A stretch of DNA of 55,429 nt from Acidobacteriota bacterium (lineage in GTDB: Bacteria > Acidobacteriota > Thermoanaerobaculia > Multivoradales > Multivoraceae): the NCBI GenBank assembly GCA_011523565.1, contig WTGL01000072.1, positions 1,914 through 57,342 of the forward strand, written 5' to 3'. The first letter of the stretch is position 1. Every line of letters starts with the position of its first letter. The notes under the pieces were generated by a model. That model was given only the letters and a program-made list of their open reading frames with translations, did not search any database and was not told where the DNA came from. The position numbers and the translations under genes are program-made. Below, in pieces: positions 26,868 through 35,014 of the stretch.

Positions 26868-29800
26868 TCAGAACTCCATCCGCTGCCACCGGGCGGCTTC
26901 CGAGTCCCAGTACGTCGCGTTCCGGTCGTACGACTTGGCGATTCGCTCCAACACTTGGCTAACGAAGGGAGACCGGAAGGCAAGAGGCCTCGCCCAGCCC
27001 CGGCACCTGGCCGCGAGTTCTCGTTCCTGACCACCGCCTTCTCCACGCCAGACGGCGCCACGAGAATTCAGGACCCCCACAAGAAAACCGCTCGCCGATG
27101 CCTCGGTCGCTACTGCCTCCATCGCCTCGCAGACAGCAGAGCACGGCCATGAGCCATCGCAGTCTGACGGACTCTTGGAGAGTAGCTGGCCGATCCACTC
27201 GTCTACGGCGTTGGCTCGACCATGCCGACTACCTTGTCGCCTCGCTTCGGAAACCCAGCGCTGGAGAGCTTCAACGTCGATCTCGCCGCCTCCAGACTTG
27301 GCGCCAGGGATTCGGGCGGCCTTGCCAAGCACGGAGAAAGCCCTTTCACCCAAGAACGCTCTCTTGTCCGGGCTCGATACGGGCCAGCCATCCGGATCCT
27401 CGCGCCCGTCATTGCGCTTGCACAGAAGGGCCACAAGCCAGACGAAGTAGCTCGGGTCTTCGGAGACTCGACGCTCAAGGTTGGGGATGCCGTAGTCGTC
27501 GTGTTCCAGCTGGTCGAAGAAGGCGAACTCGTAGTCCGCCATCTCCTGCGGAGTTACTCCGCTTCTCTTACTCAGGGATTCGATCGCCCGGCAAACGTCG
27601 TAGGCGCGAATCTGGATACTGGAATCCGGCTCCGGGCCGGCAACGATCCCCTCCAGCAGGCGCCTCAACCGGAGTGTCTCGACCGCACCCCAATCAAGGC
27701 GAAGGGCAAAGAGTGCGGCGCGGGGCCGACCCGCAGCGAGGAGACGGTCGACCAGGTCCGTGAGTTCGTCCCCGGGCACCCGGACGAGGGGATAGGGCCG
27801 GACGTCGCGCCAGTACTTCTCCTGGATGTCACCGCTCTGTCGGCAGACGAGGCGCCACGTCTCCGGACTGAACGGCGCGCAGCAAAGGAGGCGAGCGATC
27901 TGTTTCCGTCGCAGCTCCGCGGTAAGGCCTTGCAGTAGCTCCGTTCGCTCGTCCTCATTTGCCTGGCTGAGAAAGCCTCGAAGGAACCCGTCCACCTGGC
28001 CTTCCTCCAGGTCAAGGCCGGTGGGGAGGTCACGCGACAGGCAGCCGCGAACGACTTCGGCACGTTCGCGCCGGTCGACCGCGCATGGCCAAACGAAGGC
28101 GCCCACCTTACCGGCAGAGTTGCTGGAGGGAAGAAGCGACAGGGCGCCCTTAAGGCCTCGGTCCGTCCAGATCTCCGCCATCGCTTCAGCCCGCCGCCTC
28201 TCAATGGCCTTCGTCCGCTCGGACAAGTCCATCCCGGCATCATGGTCGCCAGGCCATTCGCGAATGAAGTGCTCGGCGAAGAGCCACGCATGGCGCCTCG
28301 CCGGATCGCGCGGCGCGAGGCGGTCGTACATGATCTTCGCCCGCTGCCTCAAGGTGGGCTCGACCGCGGACGCGGACCTGGCGCTGCTGAAGGGCCGGAC
28401 GCGCTCCCGCAGGGCGGCCCGCTGCGCCTCGTCCGGGCGCTCTTCCAGCCACTCGTCGACGAGACTCCAGACCCGAGCCTGCTTCTCGTCCGGCATGTCG
28501 CCGAGAAGATCGATCACGTCCCCCAGTCGCTCGGCATCAAGCTCCTGTGGCCACTTCAGGAGCAACTCGAGCGATTTGCGCTCGAACTCAAGGCGGTCCT
28601 GGACGGAGATCGGCTCGCCCGCGTCCGCCGCATCGCTCCGCCACCGCGGCCGATAGCTGTAGTCGCCTGTCCTTGGACTGCTACGGAGCTGCTCCAGGCA
28701 GACTTGCCAACCCACTTCCGGGACGCGTCTGCAAAGCAGGTCAAGCGCCCCGAACCGATCATCGAGGGATGCGGCTGTCTGCGGCATCCAAGATCGGAAG
28801 ATCGCCTTCAGGCTGTTGATCGGCCGATTGTCCCAGTTGTCGTCTATCGGCGTCTTGGAGAGCTGTCCCAGGATCAGAACGACCCGAGACAGATTCTGCG
28901 GGTTCCATGCCAGACACTCCAGCGCCCAGAGAAGACTGGTTCGCGGACAGTCCCCGAAGGGACCCGGAGGCGCCGGCTTCAGGAGTTCGAACAGGGCCGA
29001 ATCGTCCTGCCTCAGGTCCCTCTCAAGCAGCCGAAGGAAGGCGTCCGGGGCCGCTTCCGCAAGCCTCGGAAGGTCGCGGTCGTAGGACATCAGCGCCTCA
29101 ACCGTCAACGGCGCCTCCGCTCCGTCCGGCGCCAGCAGCCGCCTGACGAGATCCGAGACCTGGGCTTCATGATCAATCCCAAGCCGCGCCTGGAATAGGC
29201 CGTTTCCGTGCACGGCCAGCAGCACCAGCGTTTCACAAACCCCGGTCCGGATCGCGTCCGAGTGATCGCGCAGTTTGCCGTGGATAGCCGCGGCCCATCT
29301 CTCGCCCAAGGGCAGATCCAGAGCGGGATCGATCTCGGACAGGACGTGCTCGGCGCGAAGGAGGAACTCGTCAAGATCATCCCGCGTCATGTGCCCTGCG
29401 ACAGCAAACAACGCATCGATCTGCGAGGCCACCCCCCTGTACTCGCCAACGGACCACACCGGACTGTCGTTCCACGCCAGCAGGCCCTGCAAGTCTTGGT
29501 CGACTTCGCGAAACGGGCGATCGGCAAGAGTCGACAGAAGCGCGCGATCCGCCCCGGAACCGGTCTGCCACGCCCCAACGAGAGCCATCGGCACCAGCCT
29601 GCGCGCGATCTCAGGCTCCTCAGCCCATCGAGGCGTCCCAAGTGCGGCGTTCCCGGAGAGACGACGCCGGAGGATTGTCGGAGAGCGGCCCGACTCCAGG
29701 GCCAACCGACCAACCTCCGCTCGGCTGAACCCCATCGTCTTGAGGGACTCCTCGAACGTCCCGTAGCCCACCAGGCCGAGTTCGATGTCCGGCTTCGGGT

Positions 29801-30959
29801 CTACCGGGTTGCGCGGACGAACTACAATGGCTGGACGCCTCCCGTGCGCGAGTTCACGTTCCGTCTCGCGATCGCTGGCGATCGGAATGAACGACGAGGT
29901 TGCACCTGCCAGGGTTCTCAGCGTCTGCGCCGAGTTCACGACAACGGCATGATCGGAGCTATCGGTGCCAGCTTCCTTGAACAGGCAGGCGAGGAAAGCA
30001 AGGGCCTCCGCAGTCGAATCCGCCGTCACAACGAATGAGCGCTCTCGATCTGGCCTGTTGAGCCAGGAGGCAAAGTCAGTCCGGTGCGTGCGAACCGCGG
30101 GTCCGAACATGCCTTCTGTCAGCCGGGGCTCCGTAACCCCGGCCCACCGCTCCCAGGCCCGGTCGAGAGTCATGCAATCTTCGACCGACGGGAGACCAAG
30201 CTGCTCTGCGAGCCAGACTTGGCCCTCGATGGACTCCTCCAGCCACTGCTCCAGATCGCTCGCGTCTAGAGCCCTCACGTCCTTCCAGTGACCCTCTTTC
30301 CTGCGTTCCTTCGCCCACTGGTTCTTCCTCGGCCAATTGCGCGACGAGACGAACACGAACGTCATCCCGTCTCTCTCCTCAGCCGGAAGAGCCAGTCGAT
30401 TCCTGAAGTCGGACGTGGCCTTGCTCGCGGGATCCTTGGCCGTACTCAACTCCCAGCCCGACCGGCCCTCCGGGATCCAGGGGGTCGCCGCCGCGGCCTC
30501 TACTCGACCGTCCCAACCCCGCCGCTGACCTTGGCCGTATCCAGGAAAGTCGACTTCGCGCAGTTCCCGGCCCGCTGACCGAACCAACCTCCTGACGAGG
30601 ACCGGCAGGCGGCTCCGGGCCTTCTCGTCGTGGTCTGCCCAGGAATCGATCTGCGACGCCTCGATTGTGAGAAACTCCGGCACATAGCTCCGAACCGCGA
30701 TCGTCCGCTCTTCCTCGCGACGCCGAGTACTCTCTGACTCGGCCTGGACGCGGAAAAGGTCGTCCAAATTGGCCCCGAACGCGGTCTTCAGGCGAAGGGC
30801 CATCTGCTGCGACAGTGAGGCTCTGCCGTTGAGGAGGTTCGACAGAGCGACCCTGCTGACGTTCAATCTCTCGGCGGCGGCCTTGACCGTCATCCCGCTG
30901 GGAATGACCCGTTTCCTGATGTAGTCGCCAACGCCCCCCGCCTCGTCTGGTGTCCGCAC
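26868..30959 (-). CDS. 1363-aa protein with an N-terminal HigA/VapI-type XRE helix-turn-helix fused to ~1290 aa of unassigned, mostly helical sequence
   Basis: N-terminus GDYIRKRVIPSGMTVKAAAERLNVSRVALSNLLNGRASLSQQMALRLKTAFGANLDDLFRVQ. I found no Walker A, HExxH or other catalytic motif. Many A/T-ending codons compared with flanking core genes. GTG start at 30959. Confidence 0.8.
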   Translation of the reverse strand: MRTPDEAGGVGDYIRKRVIPSGMTVKAAAERLNVSRVALSNLLNGRASLSQQMALRLKTAFGANLDDLFRVQAESESTRRREEERTIAVRSYVPEFLTIEASQIDSWADHDEKARSRLPVLVRRLVRSAGRELREVDFPGYGQGQRRGWDGRVEAAAATPWIPEGRSGWELSTAKDPASKATSDFRNRLALPAEERDGMTFVFVSSRNWPRKNQWAKERRKEGHWKDVRALDASDLEQWLEESIEGQVWLAEQLGLPSVEDCMTLDRAWERWAGVTEPRLTEGMFGPAVRTHRTDFASWLNRPDRERSFVVTADSTAEALAFLACLFKEAGTDSSDHAVVVNSAQTLRTLAGATSSFIPIASDRETERELAHGRRPAIVVRPRNPVDPKPDIELGLVGYGTFEESLKTMGFSRAEVGRLALESGRSPTILRRRLSGNAALGTPRWAEEPEIARRLVPMALVGAWQTGSGADRALLSTLADRPFREVDQDLQGLLAWNDSPVWSVGEYRGVASQIDALFAVAGHMTRDDLDEFLLRAEHVLSEIDPALDLPLGERWAAAIHGKLRDHSDAIRTGVCETLVLLAVHGNGLFQARLGIDHEAQVSDLVRRLLAPDGAEAPLTVEALMSYDRDLPRLAEAAPDAFLRLLERDLRQDDSALFELLKPAPPGPFGDCPRTSLLWALECLAWNPQNLSRVVLILGQLSKTPIDDNWDNRPINSLKAIFRSWMPQTAASLDDRFGALDLLCRRVPEVGWQVCLEQLRSSPRTGDYSYRPRWRSDAADAGEPISVQDRLEFERKSLELLLKWPQELDAERLGDVIDLLGDMPDEKQARVWSLVDEWLEERPDEAQRAALRERVRPFSSARSASAVEPTLRQRAKIMYDRLAPRDPARRHAWLFAEHFIREWPGDHDAGMDLSERTKAIERRRAEAMAEIWTDRGLKGALSLLPSSNSAGKVGAFVWPCAVDRRERAEVVRGCLSRDLPTGLDLEEGQVDGFLRGFLSQANEDERTELLQGLTAELRRKQIARLLCCAPFSPETWRLVCRQSGDIQEKYWRDVRPYPLVRVPGDELTDLVDRLLAAGRPRAALFALRLDWGAVETLRLRRLLEGIVAGPEPDSSIQIRAYDVCRAIESLSKRSGVTPQEMADYEFAFFDQLEHDDYGIPNLERRVSEDPSYFVWLVALLCKRNDGREDPDGWPVSSPDKRAFLGERAFSVLGKAARIPGAKSGGGEIDVEALQRWVSEARRQGSRHGRANAVDEWIGQLLSKSPSDCDGSWPCSAVCEAMEAVATEASASGFLVGVLNSRGAVWRGEGGGQERELAARCRGWARPLAFRSPFVSQVLERIAKSYDRNATYWDSEAARWQRMEF

Positions 30960-30968
30960 GATCAGATG

Positions 30969-30997
30969 ATCGTAAAGCGACGCTTATCACTTGTCAA
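30969..30997 (-). promoter_or_regulatory. Sigma70-like promoter for the 1363-aa gene
   Basis: Minus strand reads TTGACA-17 nt-TACGAT. The -10 box ends 9 nt before the GTG, which implies a leaderless or near-leaderless mRNA. The spacer contains the palindrome AAGCG-N-CGCTT (30975-30985). Confidence 0.45.
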
Positions 30998-31032
30998 CGG
31001 TCGCTGTGGTAACAGTCAACACAAACGGAGGG

Positions 31033-31780
31033 GATCATGAACCCGGCGACGGCCGGTCGCCAATCGAACAGGGAGATCCCGAATGACCGAGAAGGCACTC
31101 GCCGAAGAGATCGCTCTCTACGAAGAGCACTTTGAGGAGTACCGCCGGAAGTACGCCGGCCGGTACCTCCTGATACACGGCGCCAAGTTGATCGGCGCCT
31201 ACGACGACGAGTTGGCGGCCCACTACGACGGTTACCGGCGGGTGTGGCGAACGAGGACGGAAGAGCGTGGCTACCTCGTGCTCAAGGCCGGCGAGCCGGC
31301 CGTTCCAGTCATCGCGATGCCCATCGTGACGAGGACGCTCCGGCCGTCCGATGCCGAGAATCCGACTTAAGGAGAACTTCGGCGCCATCGTCCAGGTCGA
31401 GATTCGACTTCCACCGGATCTGAGCCAGGAGAAGCAGGTTCTCGGAATCCACTCCGAGCTGGTCGCCGGAGAAGCTCTGATCGACACAGGGGCGGATGTC
31501 ACAGCGTTCGACCTGAAGGCAGCAGAACGAGCGGGCTTGGTACGCAGTGGCACCGGAAGACTCAGCACGGTTCTTGGTCAGCATGACAGCGAAACGCTTC
31601 TCTTTCTCGGCGAGATCGAGATAGCCAGCTTCGGCGCCTTCACCGTCCCCAACGGGCGCGGCTTCGACCTCTCCCACCTGAGCTACGTCGCGATCATCGG
31701 CCGCGACATCCTCCGGCACGGAGTCCTGGTCTACAACGGCAAGGAGGGGTGGGCGAGTCTGTCTCGCAATGGTGGCTCCA
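31033..31780 (+). repeat. Direct-repeat copy 2 of the small-protein/protease module
   Basis: See copy 1 at 25250-25992. Confidence 0.8.
31083..31370 (+). CDS. Small (95 aa) conserved hypothetical protein, copy 2
   Basis: MTEKALAEEIALYEEHFEEYRRKYAGRYLLIHGAKLIGAYDD... Same length and ~80% identity to copy 1. AGGGAG RBS. Confidence 0.75.
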   Translation: MTEKALAEEIALYEEHFEEYRRKYAGRYLLIHGAKLIGAYDDELAAHYDGYRRVWRTRTEERGYLVLKAGEPAVPVIAMPIVTRTLRPSDAENPT

Positions 31781-31806
31781 AGGAGCGAGCGCCGGCTCCC
31801 CCCTAA
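31351..31806 (+). CDS. Retropepsin-like (clan AA) aspartic protease, copy 2
   Basis: ALIDTGADVT active-site motif and IIGRDILRH. Has the same 20-nt overlap with its upstream partner. Its 3' end overlaps the apgM stop by 4 nt (convergent). Confidence 0.8.
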   Translation: MPRIRLKENFGAIVQVEIRLPPDLSQEKQVLGIHSELVAGEALIDTGADVTAFDLKAAERAGLVRSGTGRLSTVLGQHDSETLLFLGEIEIASFGAFTVPNGRGFDLSHLSYVAIIGRDILRHGVLVYNGKEGWASLSRNGGSKERAPAPP

Positions 31807-33050
31807 GCCCCGAACTTCCCGAGCTTCCCCGCATTCGCCAGCAGCAGCCCCATCAACTCGCTTGACGGGATCGTGCCGACCGCGCCGCGGATCGCCTCGG
31901 CCTCGGTGAACCGGGCGCAGTCGTCCACGAAGCAGTACTCCGACGACAGCAGCAGCGGCACGGGGTGCCAACTGTGGGCCTTCATCGGCGCCGGGGTCGA
32001 GTGGTCGCCGGTGATCGCGAGCACGTCGGGGCCCAGGTCCAGCAGGCGGGGCAGCAGGGCGTCGACTTCCTCGATCACGCCGACCTTGGCGGCGAGGTCG
32101 CCGTCCTCGCCGGCCATGTCGGTGCCCTTGACGTGGAGGAAGAAGTAGTCGAAGTCCGCCCAGCACTCCTCAAGCCGGTCGAGCACCTGCCCGAAGGACT
32201 TGCCGCAATCGACCACGTCCATGCCGCAGGCCCTGGCCACGCCGCGGTAGAGCGGATACCCGGCCAGGGCGGCGGCGCGCAAACGGTAGAGCTCGCCAAT
32301 GCCCGACAGCGACGGCAGCCTGGAGAAGCCGCGGAGCAGGAAGGTGTTCGCGCGCTCTTCGGACCGCAGCTCCCGCTGCAGCACCTCGAGGACCGGCGCG
32401 ATCCGGCGGGCTGTCTCCCGGGCCGCATCGCCGCCGATCGCCTCGATCGGCAGCGGCGGAACGCCAAGCTGCTGCGGGTCCGTGTCGGCAAGCGCCGAAT
32501 CCAGCGGCGCCGTCCCAGCCCGGGCCCGGAACAGCAGCACGAACCGATACGCCTCGCCGGCATGGACCTCGACCTCGACGCGGTCGCCGAGCACCCCGCC
32601 GTCCGCTGCTATCCGCCGGGCGAGCAGCCCGCAGATCCGCCGGCCCTCCGCGGTCGGGATGCGCCCAGCGCGCCGGTCCAGCAGCAGGCCGGCCCCGTCG
32701 ACGGTGGCGAAGTTGCCCCGGGCCACCACCGTGTCGGGCGGAACGTCCAGGCCGAGGCCGAGCGCCTCCAGCACGCCGCGGCCGACGTCCGCATCCGGCG
32801 AACCGGGGTCGTAACCGAACAGGGCCAGGTGACCCGGCCCGCTACCCGGCGTGATCCCGGTCCCCGCCGGCACGAGGCGGCCCAGCGCCGACCGTGCCGC
32901 GAGCTCGTCCAGGTTCGGCGTGCGCGCCTCCTCGAGCGCCGTCCGCGGCTGGTCGGCGGTTCGCAGGTCGCCGACGCCGTCGAGCACCAGCAGGACGATC
33001 CGGCGCTCGTTCCCCTGCGCGAGGCGCGTCAACAACTCCTGACGCGTCAT
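31803..33050 (-). CDS. apgM: Cofactor-independent phosphoglycerate mutase, archaeal-type (ApgM/metalloenzyme superfamily)
   Basis: The ATG at 33050 gives MTRQELL.... Motifs VLLVLDGVGD, TPNLDELA and ITGDHSTP...HSWHPVP. The upstream part of the 505-aa track ORF is an Arg-rich extension. Confidence 0.8.
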   Translation of the reverse strand: MTRQELLTRLAQGNERRIVLLVLDGVGDLRTADQPRTALEEARTPNLDELAARSALGRLVPAGTGITPGSGPGHLALFGYDPGSPDADVGRGVLEALGLGLDVPPDTVVARGNFATVDGAGLLLDRRAGRIPTAEGRRICGLLARRIAADGGVLGDRVEVEVHAGEAYRFVLLFRARAGTAPLDSALADTDPQQLGVPPLPIEAIGGDAARETARRIAPVLEVLQRELRSEERANTFLLRGFSRLPSLSGIGELYRLRAAALAGYPLYRGVARACGMDVVDCGKSFGQVLDRLEECWADFDYFFLHVKGTDMAGEDGDLAAKVGVIEEVDALLPRLLDLGPDVLAITGDHSTPAPMKAHSWHPVPLLLSSEYCFVDDCARFTEAEAIRGAVGTIPSSELMGLLLANAGKLGKFGA

Positions 33051-33061
33051 GGCGGCACCGC

Positions 33062-33478
33062 CTACGCCACGAAGTAGGCCGACGCCCGGATCTGCACCCG
33101 CGCGCGAGGCTGGAAGCCGCCGCCGTGAAGCCGCAGCGCCGTGTCGCCGGACAGCACGGGCAGGACGATCCAGCCGTCGAACGTCTCGCCCCGCTGGTAC
33201 GGCGAGACAACCGGTTCGAGTTCGGCGAGCCGCGTCCAGTGGCCGTTCTCCGCGAAGTTCGCCCGCAGTTCGAGGTACGCCTTGTCGAGGTCGATGTTCT
33301 TGCCTTCCCGCGGGTGCCACACCGAGACGACGAAGCGCATCTCGTCGAAGCGGTGCGTGTCCAGGCGCTCGCCCTCACCGTGCGTCAACGGGTAGACGAA
33401 CGCCCCCTTGTTGTCGGTCGCGTAGATCTCCGGCGTGGCCGTGAAGGCCACGTGGAGCGGCTGTACGTTCCGGCTCAA
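33062..33478 (-). CDS. Hypothetical protein (138 aa)
   Basis: Non-degenerate composition. Tightly packed between the macro-domain gene and apgM. No motif recognised. Confidence 0.55.
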   Translation of the reverse strand: MSRNVQPLHVAFTATPEIYATDNKGAFVYPLTHGEGERLDTHRFDEMRFVVSVWHPREGKNIDLDKAYLELRANFAENGHWTRLAELEPVVSPYQRGETFDGWIVLPVLSGDTALRLHGGGFQPRARVQIRASAYFVA

Positions 33479-33482
33479 GTCC

Positions 33483-33998
33483 TCAGCGGAAACCGCGGCG
33501 GAGTTCGTTGCGGAACGTCTGGTAGTTCTGGTCGCCGTGCAGGCAGACGACGACGCGCTCCAGCTTCGTGCCGCCCTGGAGGTAGCGGTGGACCTCCGTC
33601 AGCAGGATGCGGGCGCAGCGATCGACCGGGTATCCGAACACGCCGGTGGAGATCGCCGGGATGGCGATCGTGCGCTGGCCGTTGCGATCGGCCAGGGCCA
33701 GCGACGCCCTCACCGCGGCGGCGAGCTTGCGGTCCTCGTCGCCCTCGCCCATCCGCGGGCCGACGGCGTGGATGACCTGCCTCGCCTTCAGCGTGCCGGC
33801 GCCGGTCATCACCGCGGTGCCGACCGGGGTGCCGCCGATCCGGTTGCACTCGTCCTGGATCGAGGCGCCGCCCTTCTTGCGGACGGCCCCCGCGACGCCG
33901 CCGCCGAGCTGAAGCTCCTCGTTCGCGGGATTGACGATCGCGTCGACTTCCAGTTCCGTGATGTCGCCCTCGATCAGCTCGAGCAGCGTATCGTTCAT
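33483..33998 (-). CDS. Macro-domain protein (ADP-ribose / O-acetyl-ADP-ribose hydrolase family)
   Basis: GDITELEVDAIVNPAN, GGGVAGAV and IAIPAISTGVFGYP. An alternative GTG start lies at 34010. Confidence 0.85.
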   Translation of the reverse strand: MNDTLLELIEGDITELEVDAIVNPANEELQLGGGVAGAVRKKGGASIQDECNRIGGTPVGTAVMTGAGTLKARQVIHAVGPRMGEGDEDRKLAAAVRASLALADRNGQRTIAIPAISTGVFGYPVDRCARILLTEVHRYLQGGTKLERVVVCLHGDQNYQTFRNELRRGFR

Positions 33999-34199
33999 CC
34001 TGACGGCCACAACCTACTCCCAAACTGCCCGCCGAAGGCCGCACCGACCCCTACGTTCAGCGGCCCGCGGAGCGACGGATTTGCAGAACTGTCGAAGCGC
34101 GGCGATTCTATCCCACAGATGAAGATCCCGTGTCACAGGCAGTGCGCCCGTCCGGAATCCGGCGGCGATAGGAAGGCGCTGTTCGTCCGTGGGCGGCCG

Positions 34200-34340
34200 T
34201 CAGGAAAGGACGCGGGGCTCGAAGTCGGGCGGGTTGACGATGCTGGCGCTGCTCCCGGTCGCCCGGATGACGAACAGGCCCCTTCGCTCGGCGTACCGAA
34301 CCACCGACTCGTCGCACCTCAGGTACGCCACCGCACCGTA
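34200..34340 (-). pseudogene. 3' remnant of an unidentified gene with no start codon
   Basis: Reads ...GQTVYGAVAYLRCDESVVRYAERRGLFVIRATGSSASIVNPPDFEPRVLS*. It has no upstream start and abuts the PIN gene stop. Its last 13 codons are repeated at 34909-34952. Confidence 0.4.
34205..34249. repeat. Direct repeat copy A (~44 bp)
   Basis: AAAGG(A)CGCGGGGCTCGAAGTCGGGCGGGTTGACGATGCTGGCGC recurs at 34909-34952 with one indel. Confidence 0.85.
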
Positions 34341-34372
34341 GACCGTCTGCCCCGCCCGCGACCGGAGGCGCC

Positions 34373-34894
34373 CTAACCGGTCAGAGGTTCCCACGGACTG
34401 ATGACATCGACGCCCAGACTTCGGAAGTGGGCGACGTTCCTGGTCGCAACCGTCAGGTGGTGCACAGCCGCCGTTCCCGCGATGAGCGCATCCGCGAGAC
34501 CCGCGGTCCGGCCTGCGCGGCGCGCCTGGGCGCGCAGCGTCGCCGCATGCTGGGCCACACGGCGCCCGACACCGAGAAGCCGGTTGTCGTGCTCGGTAAC
34601 GATGGCGGACAGCACCTTCCGGAGTTCGCGCCGGCGACACCCCGTGGCAAGCAACCGCAACCCGAAGTGGAGTTCGTGAACGACGATGGTCGAAAGCCAA
34701 AGGTCGTCTCTGGAGTTCAGAAACGCCACGACCTGGAGTTCCGGCGCCGACTTCGCCAACTCCGAGACGACGTTCAGGCGCGCCTTCGCCTCAGCGACTG
34801 TCCAGGCTCTTGGCGAATCGGTCTGCTCTGCGTTCACGGGTGGTTCCTCTCGTCGAACATGGTCCAACATAGACCATGTATGGACTGCGGTCAA
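34373..34894 (-). CDS. PIN-domain (VapC/FitB-like) protein, probably degenerate
   Basis: The body NVVSELAKSAPELQVVAFLNSRDDLWLSTIVVHELHFG...LADALIAGTA...VATRNVAHF is VapC-like. The first acidic residue (LDTN) is replaced by an antitoxin-like segment WTVAEAKARL, and the last Asp of the TxNxxDF motif is His. Confidence 0.6.
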   Translation of the reverse strand: MTAVHTWSMLDHVRREEPPVNAEQTDSPRAWTVAEAKARLNVVSELAKSAPELQVVAFLNSRDDLWLSTIVVHELHFGLRLLATGCRRRELRKVLSAIVTEHDNRLLGVGRRVAQHAATLRAQARRAGRTAGLADALIAGTAAVHHLTVATRNVAHFRSLGVDVISPWEPLTG

Positions 34895-34908
34895 GAGACA
34901 CGGTTGCC

Positions 34909-34952
34909 AAAGGCGCGGGGCTCGAAGTCGGGCGGGTTGACGATGCTGGCGC
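34909..34952. repeat. Direct repeat copy B (~44 bp)
   Basis: See 34205-34249. On the minus strand it encodes ...ASIVNPPDFEPR followed by a stop at 34891-34893. Confidence 0.85.
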
Positions 34953-35014
34953 CCTCCGGCCTCGCCGGCGCTCGATCCGAGCGCACCCGAGTAGACTGCC
35001 TGTCAGGAGTCACG

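Noticed and set aside
33062-33478. Assigning a function to the 138-aa protein between the macro-domain gene and apgM
   Set aside because: No motif was recognised. Any name would be a guess, so it is left as hypothetical.
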